64,000 nt of DNA from the human T2T-CHM13v2.0 reference genome, Homo sapiens: assembly GCF_009914755.1 (NCBI RefSeq), contig NC_060946.1; one strand, written 5' to 3'. How positions within the stretch are numbered: position 1 is the stretch's first letter; every line of letters begins with the position of its first letter. Below the pieces are notes generated by a model. The model was not told the DNA's origin. It was given only the letters and a program-made list of their open reading frames with translations, and made no database searches. Made by a program: the position numbers and the translations under genes. Positions 22,031 through 39,527 of this stretch are shown here, one piece after another.

Positions 22031-23144
22031 TAAATTTAATTGCTATTCCTGCATGTAATTATTCTCAGTCTGGCTTCATGCAACAGGAAGACCCCCTAGC
22101 CTGAGAGCTAAAAACTTCTAACTTCTTTACCAAGCACACCATCTGGCTCTCTTTATCCTGGGCTCTGCCACTGACTACCTGTGTGGCATGAGTCACAAAA
22201 TTTCTCTATCAGAGCCTCAGTGTTGTAGTTTGGTTGTGTAGTGGTGGTGGTTTGGTTTAGTTTTGTTAATGCCAAAACTATTTCAAAAATCTGATGAGAC
22301 TTATGAACTCTCTTTCCAGAGAAAAGCACACTCACACAAACATTTTTCAAATTATTTCCAAGTGTTTACAAACTTCCTAGAGCCTATCTATGGACTTCAG
22401 TTTAACAATCCTTGGACTGGCCTCCCATCCTTTTAATTAAATAGCTCTCTCTGGCTCTAACTCTAATTCCTCTTAGAAATAAAAATAGAAAAGAAACAAT
22501 TTCTATCTCTGCTAAGAGCTCACCTCTCAGAAAAATGGCGCTGACATCTCTCAGCCACATTCTGAAAATCAGGATTCTGGAAAGTCCTGTGTTCTAAGAT
22601 AAGTGGTCTAGGCAGGCCGGGCGCGGTGGCTCACGCCTGTAATCCCAGCACTGTGGGAGGCCGAGGCGGGTGGATCAGGAGGTCAGGAGATCGAGACCAT
22701 CTTGGCTAACACTGTGAAACCCCATCTCTACTAAAAATACAAAAATTAGCCAGGCATGATGGCGTGCGCCTGTAGTCCCAGCTACTCAGGAGGCTGAGGC
22801 AGGAGAATTGGTGTGAACAAACTGAGGGCCATTACTTTAATAACTTATTACAACTTGTTAACAGTTTGATTTATTAGCTTTTTCAGGTGTTGTATAGATG
22901 CTTAGAAATATTTTTGTATTAAATTTGTAAGTCTAGCAGTCAGCATTTGAAACTTTTAAGAGAAACATGCACATAAAATTTGCGATGTGGTTTGAAATGT
23001 CTTAGGAAATGTAATGAATCAAGTTTGAAGTAGTGTTAAGTGTTTAAGGAAGATTTAGTCTCTTACATTTATGAGTTAATAGCACATGAATTAAAGAACA
23101 AGTAAAAGTGATTGTTCTTATTTTATACCAATATTACCAGATTA

Positions 23145-23475
<331 letters not shown>

Positions 23476-23740
23476 CTAGCAAGCTTTGTAAGTTGAATTT
23501 AAAAGCTTGAAGACTGGATGTGGTGGCTAGTGCCTGTAATCCCAGGTATCCAGGAGGCTGAGGCAAGAGGGTAACTTGAGGTCATAGTTTGAGATCAGCT
23601 GACCGGCCTGGGCAACATAGTGAGACACTGTCTCTAAAAAAAAAAAAAAAAAAAAAACAAAGGCCGGGTGCGGTGGCTCACGCCTGTAATCCCAGCACTT
23701 TGGGAGGCCGAGGTGGGTGAATCATGAGATAAGGAGTTCA

Positions 23741-24192
<452 letters not shown>

Positions 24193-24437
24193 TCACCTGA
24201 GCCCAGGAGGTTAAGACTGCAGTGAGCTGTGATGGAGCCACCGTACTCCAGCCTGGGTGACAGAGTGAGACTCTGTCTGGGGAAAAAAAAAAAAAAAGGA
24301 AAAAAATTCCGCCCACAAAAACCCCTCTTGAACTTAGTAAATCTCAGTTGACACATTTATTCAACAGTTTATTCAAAACACGTTTATTGATCATCTCCTG
24401 TGAGACAGAGGCTGTTCTAAGCACTGGGAATATGGTT

Positions 24438-25092
24438 GTCTTAGTCTGTTTTCTGTTGCTATAAGAGAATACCATAGATTGCGTAATTTATAAAGAAAAA
24501 AAATGTTATTTAGCTCACAATTCTAGAGGCCAGGAAGTCTAAGAGCATGGCACCAGCATTTGGTGAGGGCCTCTTTGCTGTGTCAAAACACGGCAGAGGC
24601 GATCATAGGGAGAGAGGGTAAGAGTGTGCAGGTCAGCTCAGGTCTGTTACTCTTTTTTTTTTGAGACAGGATTTCACTCCCATCTCCCAGGCTGGAGTGC
24701 AGTGGCACAATGTCAGCAAACCACAACCTCTGCCTCCCTCCCAGGCTCAAGCCTCAGCCTCTCGAGCAGCTAGGACTACAGGCACGTCTGGCTAATTTTT
24801 GTATTTTGGGTAGAGACAGGTTTTCACCATGTTGCCCAGGCTGGTCTATGAACTCCTGAGCTCGAGTGATCTGCCTGCCTCGGCCTCCCAAAGTGCTGGG
24901 ATTACAGGCATGAGCTACCGTGCCCTGCCTATCTTCCTCTTCATATAAAGACACCAGTCCCATTATGGAGGCCCCCACCTTGATGATCTCATTCAAATTA
25001 CTTCCCAAAGGCCTCACCTCCAATCAACATATGAATTTGGGGATTAAGTTTGTAACATGTGAAATTTGGGGGATACATTCAAAGAATAGCAA
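24438..25092 (-). mobile_element. MST/MLT1A-type LTR split by an Alu
   Basis: tgtcttagtctgttttctgttgctataagagaatacc...gaaatttgggggatacattcaaagaatagca. Confidence 0.7.
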
Positions 25093-26048
25093 TGGTGAAA
25101 AATGATTTGCAGTCTCTTCTTTCACTGAGATTATATACTAGCAGAGGACACAGAGGAAAAGTCAAATAAACAACATCATTTCAGAGAATGGACACAGAAA
25201 GCTCAGTCAATCAGAGACTAGCTCCTAACCCCATCTTTCTCATGGCAAAGGATATTCTGTCCCCTCTCTCACTGTCCTGGAATGAAATCCGTGGCCATTT
25301 CCCTTTTCTCATAGCCAAAGACACCACCAAGTTCTCCAATCCCTGACTCTGATTCCTGACATCAATCTATTGCTCCTTGTATAATCAGTCAATGAATCAA
25401 AAAAATTTTTTTTGGATATCTACTATCTCCTCAGGATGAGGCTCTGTCAGGGGAAAAGTAAGAACCCAGAGAACAAGCAATAAGCAAAGCAGCCTAATGT
25501 TGACATGCGCTTGGCAAGTATTCACAGACCACCTCACACCCAGCCAAGCACTGCAGGTGAGAGCAACACAGGAGTGAGGAAGCCGGGGTACTTACCATCA
25601 GTGAGGACCAATCTTACAGATAGGGAAAAACTATATTTCATCCAGTTGAAGACACCCATTTTCTACATTTTAAAATTCCTAAATTAGGCTTTATCTTTCA
25701 ATGATTTTGGATCATTGGATGAAATACAGTAACAACAGCACAAAGCAGCATTGTGCCCTGAGAGGTGTGCAGAGCCTATAGCAATTAGAACAGTGGTCCA
25801 AGGTCAGGCTACACATTAGATGTATCTGGGAAACTCAAAAATACTTATGCCCAGACCCCATCGCAGACCAACAGAATCAGTGTGGAAGGGTGTGGCTGTA
25901 CACTGGTATTTCAAAAAGCACCTCATGGGATTCTAATACGTAGGCAGAGTTGAGAACCAGGATAGCAATTTCAAATGAGAGTACACATTACCCTGAGGTT
26001 ACATGAAGACTTTCCAAGGGGCACGCCTTGGAAAGTTTAGGGCACACA

Positions 26049-26378
26049 TCAGTAAACTAGGGCCTATGGCCCAAATCTGTTCTACTGCCTGTTTTTGTAC
26101 CCTCCGGGGAGCTAAGTTGGTTTTTACAGTTTCAAATGGTCAGGGGAAAAAATCAAAAGGGAAATAATATGTTTGGACAAATGAAAATTATATGAAATTT
26201 AAATGTAAGTGTCCATAAATAAAGTTTTATTAGAACACAGACACACTCCTTTGTTTACATATTGTCAATGGCTTCTACAAGGGCAGAGTTGAATAGTTGG
26301 GACAGAACTATATGGCTGGCAAAGCCTGAAGTATTTACTATCTGATACTTTCCAGAAAAAAAAACTTGCTGGCCCTGG
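26049..26378. mobile_element. MER58B-like hAT element
   Basis: ...gtgtccataaataaagttttattagaacacag...gcaaagcctgaagtatttactatctg. Confidence 0.7.
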
Positions 26379-27038
26379 CTTGAAGGGAATAGATTTGAAG
26401 GGAATGGACCTCCAGAATCTCAACATCCCCATGTCCTCTTCCAGACACTTGCCTGCCAGGAAAGGTACCAGCTGTGAAGATGTCAGGTGTGGGTGGAGGC
26501 TCCCTTCCTTCCCCACACTTTTGTTTCCTACTTGTCCTTCTCCCACTTTCAAAAGAAAGGTAGGCCTCTCATCAGTCCTGGGTATTAAGTTTCTAACATG
26601 TGAAATTTGGGGGACACATTTTAGAATGTGTAAAAAAGCCCCTGGGGGCCCAGAGCAGTGGCTCACCCCTGTAATCCCAGCACTTTAGGAGGTTGAGGAG
26701 GGCAGATCACAAGGTCAGGAGTTCGAGACCAGCCTGGCCAACATGGTGAAACCCCATCTCTACTAAACATACAAAAATTAGCTGGGCGTGGTGGCATGTG
26801 CCTGTAATCCCAGCTATTCAGGAGGCTGAGGCAGGAGAATTGCTTGAACCTGGGAGGCGGAGGTTGCCACTACACTCCAGCCTGGGCGACAGAGCAAGAC
26901 TCCATCTCAGAAAAAAAATAAATAAAATAAAATAAAATTTAAAAAGCCCCTGGGCACTAGACATAGCAACAGTACCAGATACCATTGTGTAATAGGACTC
27001 TGATCACAGGATAGGTATATACACATATCGATATACAG

Positions 27039-27067
27039 AGATAGATAGATAGATAGATAGATAGATA
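27039..27067. repeat. (GATA)n tetranucleotide STR
   Basis: Read directly. Confidence 0.9.
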
Positions 27068-27634
27068 TCTATTTTTTTGCAAGTGAGGTAGGTTCCAAAT
27101 ATTGCCTTACTAAAATTGAAGGAGGACCCAATCAAGTTGTCAGTTGCCAAATCAAAAATATTTGACTGGGCACAGTGGTGCAAACCTGTAATCCCAGCTA
27201 CTTGGGAGGCTGAGATGAGAGGACCTCTTGAGCCCTGGAGTTTGAGTCTAGCCTGGGCCGTTTAGTGAGACCCTATTTAAAAAAAAAAAAAAAGGTGACA
27301 AGATGGCTATGTGATCTTTGCATATGACTGAAAACGGGTTCAAAGAATTGATGAGACAAATATAATTATTTATGTAAGCAATTTTTTAAGGCTTACATCT
27401 AAAATATTTTTAGCCTGGGGTGGTAGCTCATGCCTGTAATCCTAGTACTTTGGGAAGCTGAGGCAGGAGGATGACTTGAGCCCAGGAATTCAAGACCAGC
27501 CTGGGTAACATAGTGAGACCCTGTCTCAATGTTTTAAAAAGAAGAAAAATGGTGGCTCACGCCTGTAATCCTAGCACTTTGGGAGGCCGAGGCGGGCGGA
27601 TCATGAGGTCAGGAGATCAAGACCATCCTGGCTA

Positions 27635-27916
<282 letters not shown>

Positions 27917-28089
27917 TCAACTAATTAGGAATAAAATGAATTTCAAGTAATTCATGTTTAATTACTTATTAACATGTATTATATTTACATTATTTTTTAT
28001 CAATTATGTACTAATAATGGCAATGATGAAATGAAGATCTCAGTGTCTTGCACTGGGCAGAGGCCTTTCTCATTCTCTGCCACTTGGGC

Positions 28090-28330
28090 CCCAGCATGGC
28101 TTCCCTAAGAGCTAGGAGCTCAGAGGGAGGGGCTGGGCAAGACAGAAGTCAGGATCTTTTTGTAACTTAATCTTGTAAGTGACATCCCATCATTTTTGTC
28201 TTCTTCTATTCATATTCTATTGTTAGAACCAAGCCTCTGGGTCCATCCCACACTCCGCGAGGAGGATTCAGAAGGTCGTGACTCCCAGGGGGTGGGATCC
28301 TAGAACACATCTTAGAAGCTGCCTACGACA
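28090..28330 (-). mobile_element. MLT1-family LTR fragment
   Basis: gtgacatcccatc...atattctattgttagaac...cccacact...catcttagaagctgcctac. Confidence 0.55.
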
Positions 28331-29399
28331 ACCGCTGATTTTTAAGTAACAGTTACATCCTCTACATCTATTTAGACTTAGGATGGAGAATTTTAGATGT
28401 CATCTTTAAAATGCATGAGAGGATGCAGTTTTCCAAAATTCTTTTAGAAACAGACAATTTGAAGGCCACTGAGCTTCAGGCTTCATTCAGCTGGGTCGTG
28501 TCTGCGGGCGGGGCTCATAGAGATGTCGCTGGGGGTCAGCGGGTGCTTCGGGCAGCGAAAAAACCCACCTCTCGAGGGCAGTGGAAAATACAGGGAAAAG
28601 CCACTTGAGTGTAGACTCCGTGCGTGTCAAGGCCAGGCAGAGGCGCACTTGATAGGCAAGGAAAAGCGGACGGTGGTGGTCTTGGGAGGAAGAGAGGAGA
28701 GGCGAATGGGCAGGAGCGTGTGGATGCACTAGGGCAGGACGGGCTCGAAGCAGGAACCTAGGATAGAGGCAGCGCGGGCCGGCTTGGGAGGGTCCTCCAG
28801 AGTCCGGAGAGGAGAGGACGCAGGCTGCACGCGTGCTAAGAAGGAGACTCATGAAATGTGTAATTCGCTGGCGACAGCTTCCGCGGCCGTGGAGTGAGCC
28901 TCTGGGGAGTAACGACTCTCTTAGGTGCAGCTGGGACACAGTCTCACAGACCAGGTAAGTTGCCTGCCCTCCAGGAACTCAAGTGTCCCCGAGTCCGAGC
29001 CAGGAGGCTGGAAGTGACTGCTGTCCCATCCTCCCTGGAGCCCGGAGCTGTCCTTGTCTTGAGAAAGAGAAAGCAAAGCCAAGGAAAGCAGAGCGAGCAG
29101 AACCAGGCAAAGGGGTGGGGACAATAAAATGGGATATGGCCCGCGCTTCCATCTACTCAGGAGGCAGAGGCAGGAGGATCGCTTGAGCCCGGGAGGCCGA
29201 AGCTGCAGTGAGCTGCGGTTGCACCACTGCACTCCAGCCTGGGAGACAGAGGGAGACCCTGTCTAAAAATAAAGTAAAATAAAAAACAAAAATAAAAGGG
29301 ACAGAGACTAAGAAAACGGACTTCCTGAAATCCCAAGTTGGGATTTCACGTCCAGTGACCCACAAGAGAAGCAAGAAGTCTGAACAGGGCCAAGAATCA

Positions 29400-30950
29400 A
29401 GTGAGTGGGGGCGGAGGATTAAAATCGACAGTTGCTGCGGCACGGCCAGGGTGGAGGGTGCATGTGGGGCAGGCGAGGCTCCAGCTGGAGTTGACGCTAG
29501 CCCGACGCGGGTGCAACTGGAGGCGCGACGGGCCAGGCCCAGGAGCAGCGGGAGGAGCGCACCTGGGGCGCGCGGGCGGAGGAGGGCCGGGGAGGGACGC
29601 CGGAAGGACTGGGTAGGGACGCCCGGAGGACTGAGCGTAGGGCCGAGAGGAGGGGCGCAAGGAGGAACGGGGGGAGGGCCCTGTCTCACCCTAAACCCCT
29701 CCCCGTCCCAGACTAAACTCCTCCCCTCGGCCCGGCCCGCCCCTGGGCCCGGGCTGGAAGCCGGAAGCGAGCAAAGTGGAGACGACTCGAACTCCACCGC
29801 GGAAAAGAAAGCCTCAGAACGTTCGCTCGCTGCGTCCCCAGCCGGGGCCGAGCCCTCCGCGACGCCACCCGGGCCATGGGGGCCGCACGCAGCCCGCCGT
29901 CCGCTGTCCCGGGGCCCCTGCTGGGGCTGCTCCTGCTGCTCCTGGGCGTGCTGGCCCCGGGTGGCGCCTCCCTGCGACTCCTGGACCACCGGGCGCTGGT
30001 CTGCTCCCAGCCGGTGAGACTCGACGTGGGGAGCGGTAGCCGCCAGGATGCTGCGGACGCGGGGCAAGGTCGCGGAGGGCCGGACGGTCGGGACTACGCT
30101 CCCGGGCTGGGGAGGCAGGAAGACCGCGCCGCGGGCTTAGAGGGGCTCAGAGCCTTGGGCACAGATATCGCGGCGCCTGGGGAGGACCCTCGGAGCGGTG
30201 GGAGTTGCGGTGTGGAATACGGGGGGGGTGGGTGGCACATCGCGCGGCGCGTGTTGCACAACCTGGCCCGCCGTCGTGACTGGAGGCGGGAGTGACACCT
30301 CCGCCCGGGCCGCGGAGTTCGGGGAAGGAGGGCGCGGCGCTGGGCCAGGCCGGAGGGGCGGCCAGGGCTGATAGAAAGGGGCTGTGGAGAAGGGGCCTGG
30401 GGAGGAGCCAGGACGGGTCTGGACCCAGCTCCACGCCTTGCGCCCCTCACGTACCCCGGCGGGGCACGGTCGGCCCTCGGGAGGCCCATCGCGCCCTCGG
30501 GAGCTTCCCTCAAGCCGTGCCCTTCATGCCGCCGACGGAGCCGGGCGAGCCCACGTCGTCCGTGCGGAAGGTGGAGTCCCTCACCCGCGGCCCCCAGAGG
30601 GACCCCGCTGTCGTAGAGCCACGCGGGGGCCGGAGCGCTGAGACGCGGCACCATGTTTCGGGGAGAGCTCTGCCGAGGGCGGCTGAGGGCCACCTCCCCA
30701 GAGGCGCGAAGCCCTGAGGATGGGCAGATGGTTCTTAAGACGGCGCCCTTCCCGCCACTCCCACCCCCGACTACCACCACCTGGGTCTGGGAACCCGGTG
30801 AGAGCGCAGTCGGAGGGTCGAACGTTTGTAGCTGTCAAGTCGTAGCCCCGCTGCGCCCACAGGAAGTGACCCACCCGCCTGCCGGGTAGTGGCCTTTCTG
30901 TGAGCCAGGACCATCTTAAGGAAAAAAACAAAAAAAGAGCAAAACGCCGT
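29400..30950. promoter_or_regulatory. CpG island / IL17RA promoter spanning exon 1
   Basis: Very high GC and CpG density; GC-box-like GGGCGG motifs; ETS-like CCGGAAG at 29761; no TATA box. Confidence 0.9.
29876..30013 (+). CDS. IL17RA: IL17RA exon 1 coding part (signal peptide, aa 1-46)
   Basis: gccATGg Kozak; hydrophobic LLGLLLLLLGVL; donor CCG|gtgaga. Confidence 0.97.
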
Positions 30951-33007
30951 GCCCCTCCACAATATACTCTCCTCTTCCCCGCATCCCCGAGGGGATCTTT
31001 CCTCCCCTCCACCTCCACCTCCACCTCCACCGCTGACCCCAAGGAATAATGCTCAGTATCTGAGTCAGAGGATGTAAAACAAAGGGATATTTCTCCTTAT
31101 GTAGTTTTATGGAGGATTTACCGAAAGAAGGTGGAGGGTGAGTGACTATGTCGCAGAAAAAAAAAAAAGATGTTTTTATCGTGAATGATGTTGAGAAATG
31201 TCCTGTGACTTCCACTATTGGGCAAAGCAGGTCCCTCTGCCCTGCTAGTCCCTCCTGCAGGCTGTGTATGAAGCGTTCTGATATGGAGGGTTGGTGCGCC
31301 TGGGTTGACAGCCATTGGTCAGGTGCCTGCAGAGTACAGGGCGCCATACTGGGAACTGGAACTATAAATAAATACTCTGGGGACCCTAATATCCAGAGAC
31401 CTAACCCATCTACGGGAGGAACAAGGCTTGAAGTTAGGGAACTGTCTAGCAAAGCTGCTTGCACAACTGCTAAGTGTACGGAATTCCAGGAAAAAGAAAA
31501 ATTGCTTCCAGTTGGGGTGTCCTTCATGGAAAAGGCATTTGGGCAGCCCTGTGGGGGTAGCAGGAGCATTCCAGGTGGTGGAAAGGGCCTGCGCCAAGGT
31601 CCTTAAGTGGGACAGGGTACGGTGTGTGGCCGGAATGGAGGGTCTGTGTAATAGGACAGTGAGAAAAGATGCCAGAAGCGGGGATGGGACTCTGCTGTGT
31701 GTGGCGTGGGAGCCAAGCTCTGACTTTCACTGCACAGTGAAGCAACTGTAAGTCAGGAGCAGAAGCACGGCCTGGCTCCAGGGAGGGCTGGAGAGAGACA
31801 CTTGCTGTTCATATTTGTCTGCAGTCTCTCGTTCTCTTCTTTCCTCTCTCTCTCTTCTGTATACACCTGCCTCACAGACAGCTCTTCTCCAGAGATAGAC
31901 AGCTCTGGGCTCCATTGACTAGTTCTTTTAAAAAGAAAGAAAACACATCCTTCAAATTTCTGTCCCTCACTGGTGTTTTAGTGGATGCAATGTGGTATAG
32001 TGAGGGGAGGGAAGGCCACAGAGGTGGCCAGAGGACCTGGATTTGCAGGCAGCATCGCACTTACTGTCTCTGCAGTCGGGCTTTGAGGCTGCCTGGGCCT
32101 GGGTTCCCTCATTTCCACAAAGGCAGGACTGGGTGAGCCTTCTCAAAGTAAGTCCATGCCACCTTCCAGAATGTAAGTGTCTGTCCAAAGCCCAGTTCGA
32201 TTTAGCCTTCCATAACTATCCTCAGACAGGGAGGAGGCTTCTGCACACCTGGCCTGTTCCTAGCTCAGTGCTGGAGCACAGGATGCGGGGGCTATTTGAT
32301 ACATATGTGTTGACTGAACAAAAGAATGCATGAATGAAGGAAAGAACGGTCAGCTCTGCCTGGAAGGTAGTGGCAAGCTGAGACCAACCATAGCAATGGT
32401 TCCAGATGCTTGGGGTTAGCACCTCAAAACCCAGATGACTGATTTCCCCACAGAAATCATTACACGAGAAACCATCAATAATTGCATTTCCCTGGGAGTT
32501 TCCTTTTGGTTAGCCGTTCTCGCTGCCTAGGCTTCATGCAGGTTTCCCATGACCGCCAGCCTGGAGGAATGCCCATAGGAAAGACAGCAGCAACTTAAGA
32601 GTTGGTCAGGGTAAATGTTAACACGTAATTTCATAGACAGGATGTGTATTTCATTACAGAGTCTTTTTTCCTGAGCGTTTGCGGTTTTGACTTGTGGTTG
32701 TAGAACAGCTGCTCAGTTTAACCCCTTTATCTTTTGCTTGCCAGAAGCCACTTTCATCATGCCACTCTTCCAGAGGCTACAAAGTTGTGTTCTTTGTGCC
32801 AGGCACTGTGCCGGTGGCTCACAAGTATTCCTTCATCCCATACTCAACGACAGCTTACAAGGTTGGCAGGATGAACCTGCTTTTGAGAGGCTGGGTTATT
32901 GGCCCAAGGACGCACAGCTAATGAGTGCTAAGGTGAGATTGAAAGCAGGCTGTGCTTGTAAGTTCAAAGCCCACTTTCTCTGTCAGGCACTCAGTAGTGT
33001 TCACTGA

Positions 33008-36511
<3,504 letters not shown>

Positions 36512-36650
36512 TTATTTTTTTCTCTCTGGAAACTTTTAGGATCTTCTTTTTATTCCTGATATTACAACAGTTTCAAGATTTGGGGCCTTGGTCTGGGTCT
36601 TCGTTGTTGTTTTTGTGCAGGCCATTTAGTAACCTTTTTAATTTGGCAAC

Positions 36651-37475
36651 GTGATACTGTGAAATATGTATTTAGTCTTCAACCCCTTTTTCTGGCATAG
36701 AACTCCTAAAATCCTTAGAATCTCCAAAATTGTATCTTTTATATACTAATGATTCATTGGTGGCTGGCAGCCTCTAGGCAGCTTCAGGATGGGGGCTGGT
36801 CCCGGGAAGCAAGTTAGGATTAGAGGGCTGGGACATTTAGCCCCGCCCCTTTACCCATCACATCTGGGAAGGGGAGAGGGAACTGAAGGCCCCCTGAAGT
36901 TGCAATGGCCAGTGGTTTAATCAGTCATGCTCACATGAAGCCTCCATAAAAACGGGGTTCAGAGAGCTTCCAGGTAGTGGAACATGTGGAGGTTCCTGGA
37001 GGGTGGCACACCTGAGGAGGGCATGGAAGCTTTGTACTCCTTCTCCTATACCTCACCTTTTCTTCTGTATTATTTGTGATATCCTTAAAATAAACTGGGA
37101 AATGTGTTTCCCTGAGTTCTCTGAGCAGCTTTAGCAAATTAATTGAACTGAAAGAGAGGAGCATGAGAATCTCACGTTGAACCCGGTTGGTCTTAGAAGT
37201 TCTGGAGGCCCAGACTTACCACTGGTGTCTAGGGGGTGGGCGGTCTTGGGGACTGAGCACTCAACCTGTGGGATCTGATGCTATCTCCAAATAGTGTCAG
37301 AATTAAATTGGAGGATACCCAGCTGGTGTCTGCTGCCGAATTGATTGCTTGCTTGGTGGTGGGAAGAAACCACCCCCCGCCAATATGTAGTCACAGAAGT
37401 CTTCTGTGACTTCTGTTGATTGTTGTGGTGATGTGAGGGCAGAGGAAAAATACAGCTTGAGTTTTTCCACACTCT
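36651..37475. mobile_element. MER21-like LTR in intron 1
   Basis: gtgatactgtgaaatatgtatttagtcttc...tttccctgagttct...cagaattaaattggaggatacccagctggtgtctg. Confidence 0.7.
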
Positions 37476-38372
37476 CGGGGAATATGTGTCCTTCTCTTCC
37501 AGAATATTTTCTTTCTTTCTTTCCTTTTTTAAAAAATAACTTCTTCCTTCTGTTTTTTTGTTAATCTCCTTCTAGAAATCTAGTCAATCATATTTTGTTT
37601 CCTAAATTGAATCTCTAATGATCATATATTTTTTCCTATTCTATTTGTGCTTTCAGAGAAATGTCCTCAATTTCATAGACTAACCCTTCTATTGAATTTT
37701 TATTTAGTAGAACTTCTATTGAGTTTCAAGGTTCAGTTTTCATTCTCTGCCTGCTCATTTGTCCATGGTGTCCTGCCCCTGTCTTACAGATGCAGTGTTG
37801 TATCTCTTCGGGGCTATAATAATTTTACTTGTTTGGTTTAATTGTGTTAACAGCATTGTTTTTTTTTTCCTTCCAGGAGCATTTTTTAATTGTTTTGATC
37901 TATTTTTCATACAGAAAACCTATCTCAAATATCTGGTACTCCTTGGCTGTCTGAGAATATTTTAAGAATGAAGTCCTAAAAGCTGATTAAATGCTCTGTG
38001 TAGTTAAGGTTTATTGAACATTGGACTTCACTGTATAGGAGGTCAAGCTAATCGTGAACCTGGCCTATTGGGTGACCTCCAAATGCTGAAATCTGGAGGT
38101 GTTTTTTTTGGGCCTGGCTGCCAGCATTCTGAGATCAGAGCACGGAAAGAGAGGATAAGGTTCCCAACACTCCATATGTAGACCTTCACTTAATTCTCCC
38201 TGCCCCTAAGCCCTGAACGTTATAAGGTTCTGAGGGGCTCCTGGCCTCCTTATCAATAACTCCCTTTTGTAGCATTCAGACAGAAGTTCCTCCACTCAGC
38301 ACAAGCCAGCTGCCTACTCTGCTGCCACTTGGACAGTTATTTATTTATTCATTCATTTGTTCATTTTTGAGG

Positions 38373-39122
38373 TTTTATAATTTTATTTGACATCAACAGT
38401 TTGTTCTCATCCACAATGTCTGACTGTCAGTTTCTGAAAGTGGTAATGGGTACACAGGTAACCAAAGTATAGAGCTTGCTTGGTGAATCTTCATCCTCAT
38501 GCTTTCTGGACAGCTGCACATGGACACAGTATGGAACGTTCCTTATTCCTTTGGTCCAGACAGCTTTGTTGAGCCTGGTGTTAGCATATCTGGAGTCCCC
38601 ATCTCCTTCATGGCAAAGTTCTGGGACTTTTTGAGTGACCAAGGGGCACACTGCTTGACGTCCCCTCCATGGGTGTGCTTGTGGATGCTGATGGCATATT
38701 CTGGTGTCACCACCTCATTGGTGGCAGGTGACAGAATAGCCCTTTTATTTTATTTTATCTTACTTTATTTTATTTTATTTTATTTTATTTAGACAGAGTC
38801 TCGCTCTGTCGCCCAGGATAGAGTACAGTGGCACAGTCTTGGCTCACTGAAGCCTCTGCCTCCCAGGTTCAAGCAATTCTCCCACCTCAGCCTCTCAAAT
38901 AGCTGGGACTACAGGCACATGCCACCACACCCAGCTAATTTTTGTATTTTTAGTAGAGACAGGGTTTCACCATCTCTTGGCCAGGCTGGTCTTAAACTCC
39001 TGACTTCAGGTGATCCACCTACCTCAGCCTCCCAAAAGTGCTGGGATTACACGCATGAGCCACTGCGCCCAGCCAACACTCTTCTTTACAGGAGCTATGC
39101 TGCTGGGGCCAAGTTGGAAAGG
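38373..39122 (-). pseudogene. RPL31 processed pseudogene in intron 1, split by an Alu (~38745-39074)
   Basis: Minus-strand translation [35 protein letters not shown] matches RPL31; 5'TOP cctttccaacttgg is kept; start ATG>ATA; intronless; decayed A tail at 38337-38368. Confidence 0.93.
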
Positions 39123-39440
39123 ACTTTTAAAATTTTGTTCACATCTTTTGTCCACTGAGTTTGGCTCTTTGAGTTTGAGAATTTACAAAAAAAAATGTTC
39201 TTTCCTATAATTGTTATATTGTTTGGAGAGAGGGAGAAAATATGTGTATATGGTCAATGCGCTATTACCTCTAATAGAATTGTTATTCTATATTTCACCT
39301 ATATGTATATTTTTCAGTTTTGATTAAATCTTTTTTCCCCTTATCTTCCCTCATGCCATCTCCTCTGCTTGTGTGCCCTTTGCCCCCAGCAAACTGTGTT
39401 AACACCTGTTAACATGTTTCTATTCTCATTTAGTCATACA

Positions 39441-39523
<83 letters not shown>
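39441..39523. repeat. (CT)n(AT)n compound microsatellite
   Basis: Read directly. Confidence 0.95.

Positions 39524-39527
<4 letters not shown>

Noticed and set aside
29153-31042. 304, 228 and 220 aa ORFs across the promoter
   Set aside because: GC-rich CpG-island sequence lacks stop codons; low-complexity Pro/Arg/Gly/Ala products, one running into an Alu
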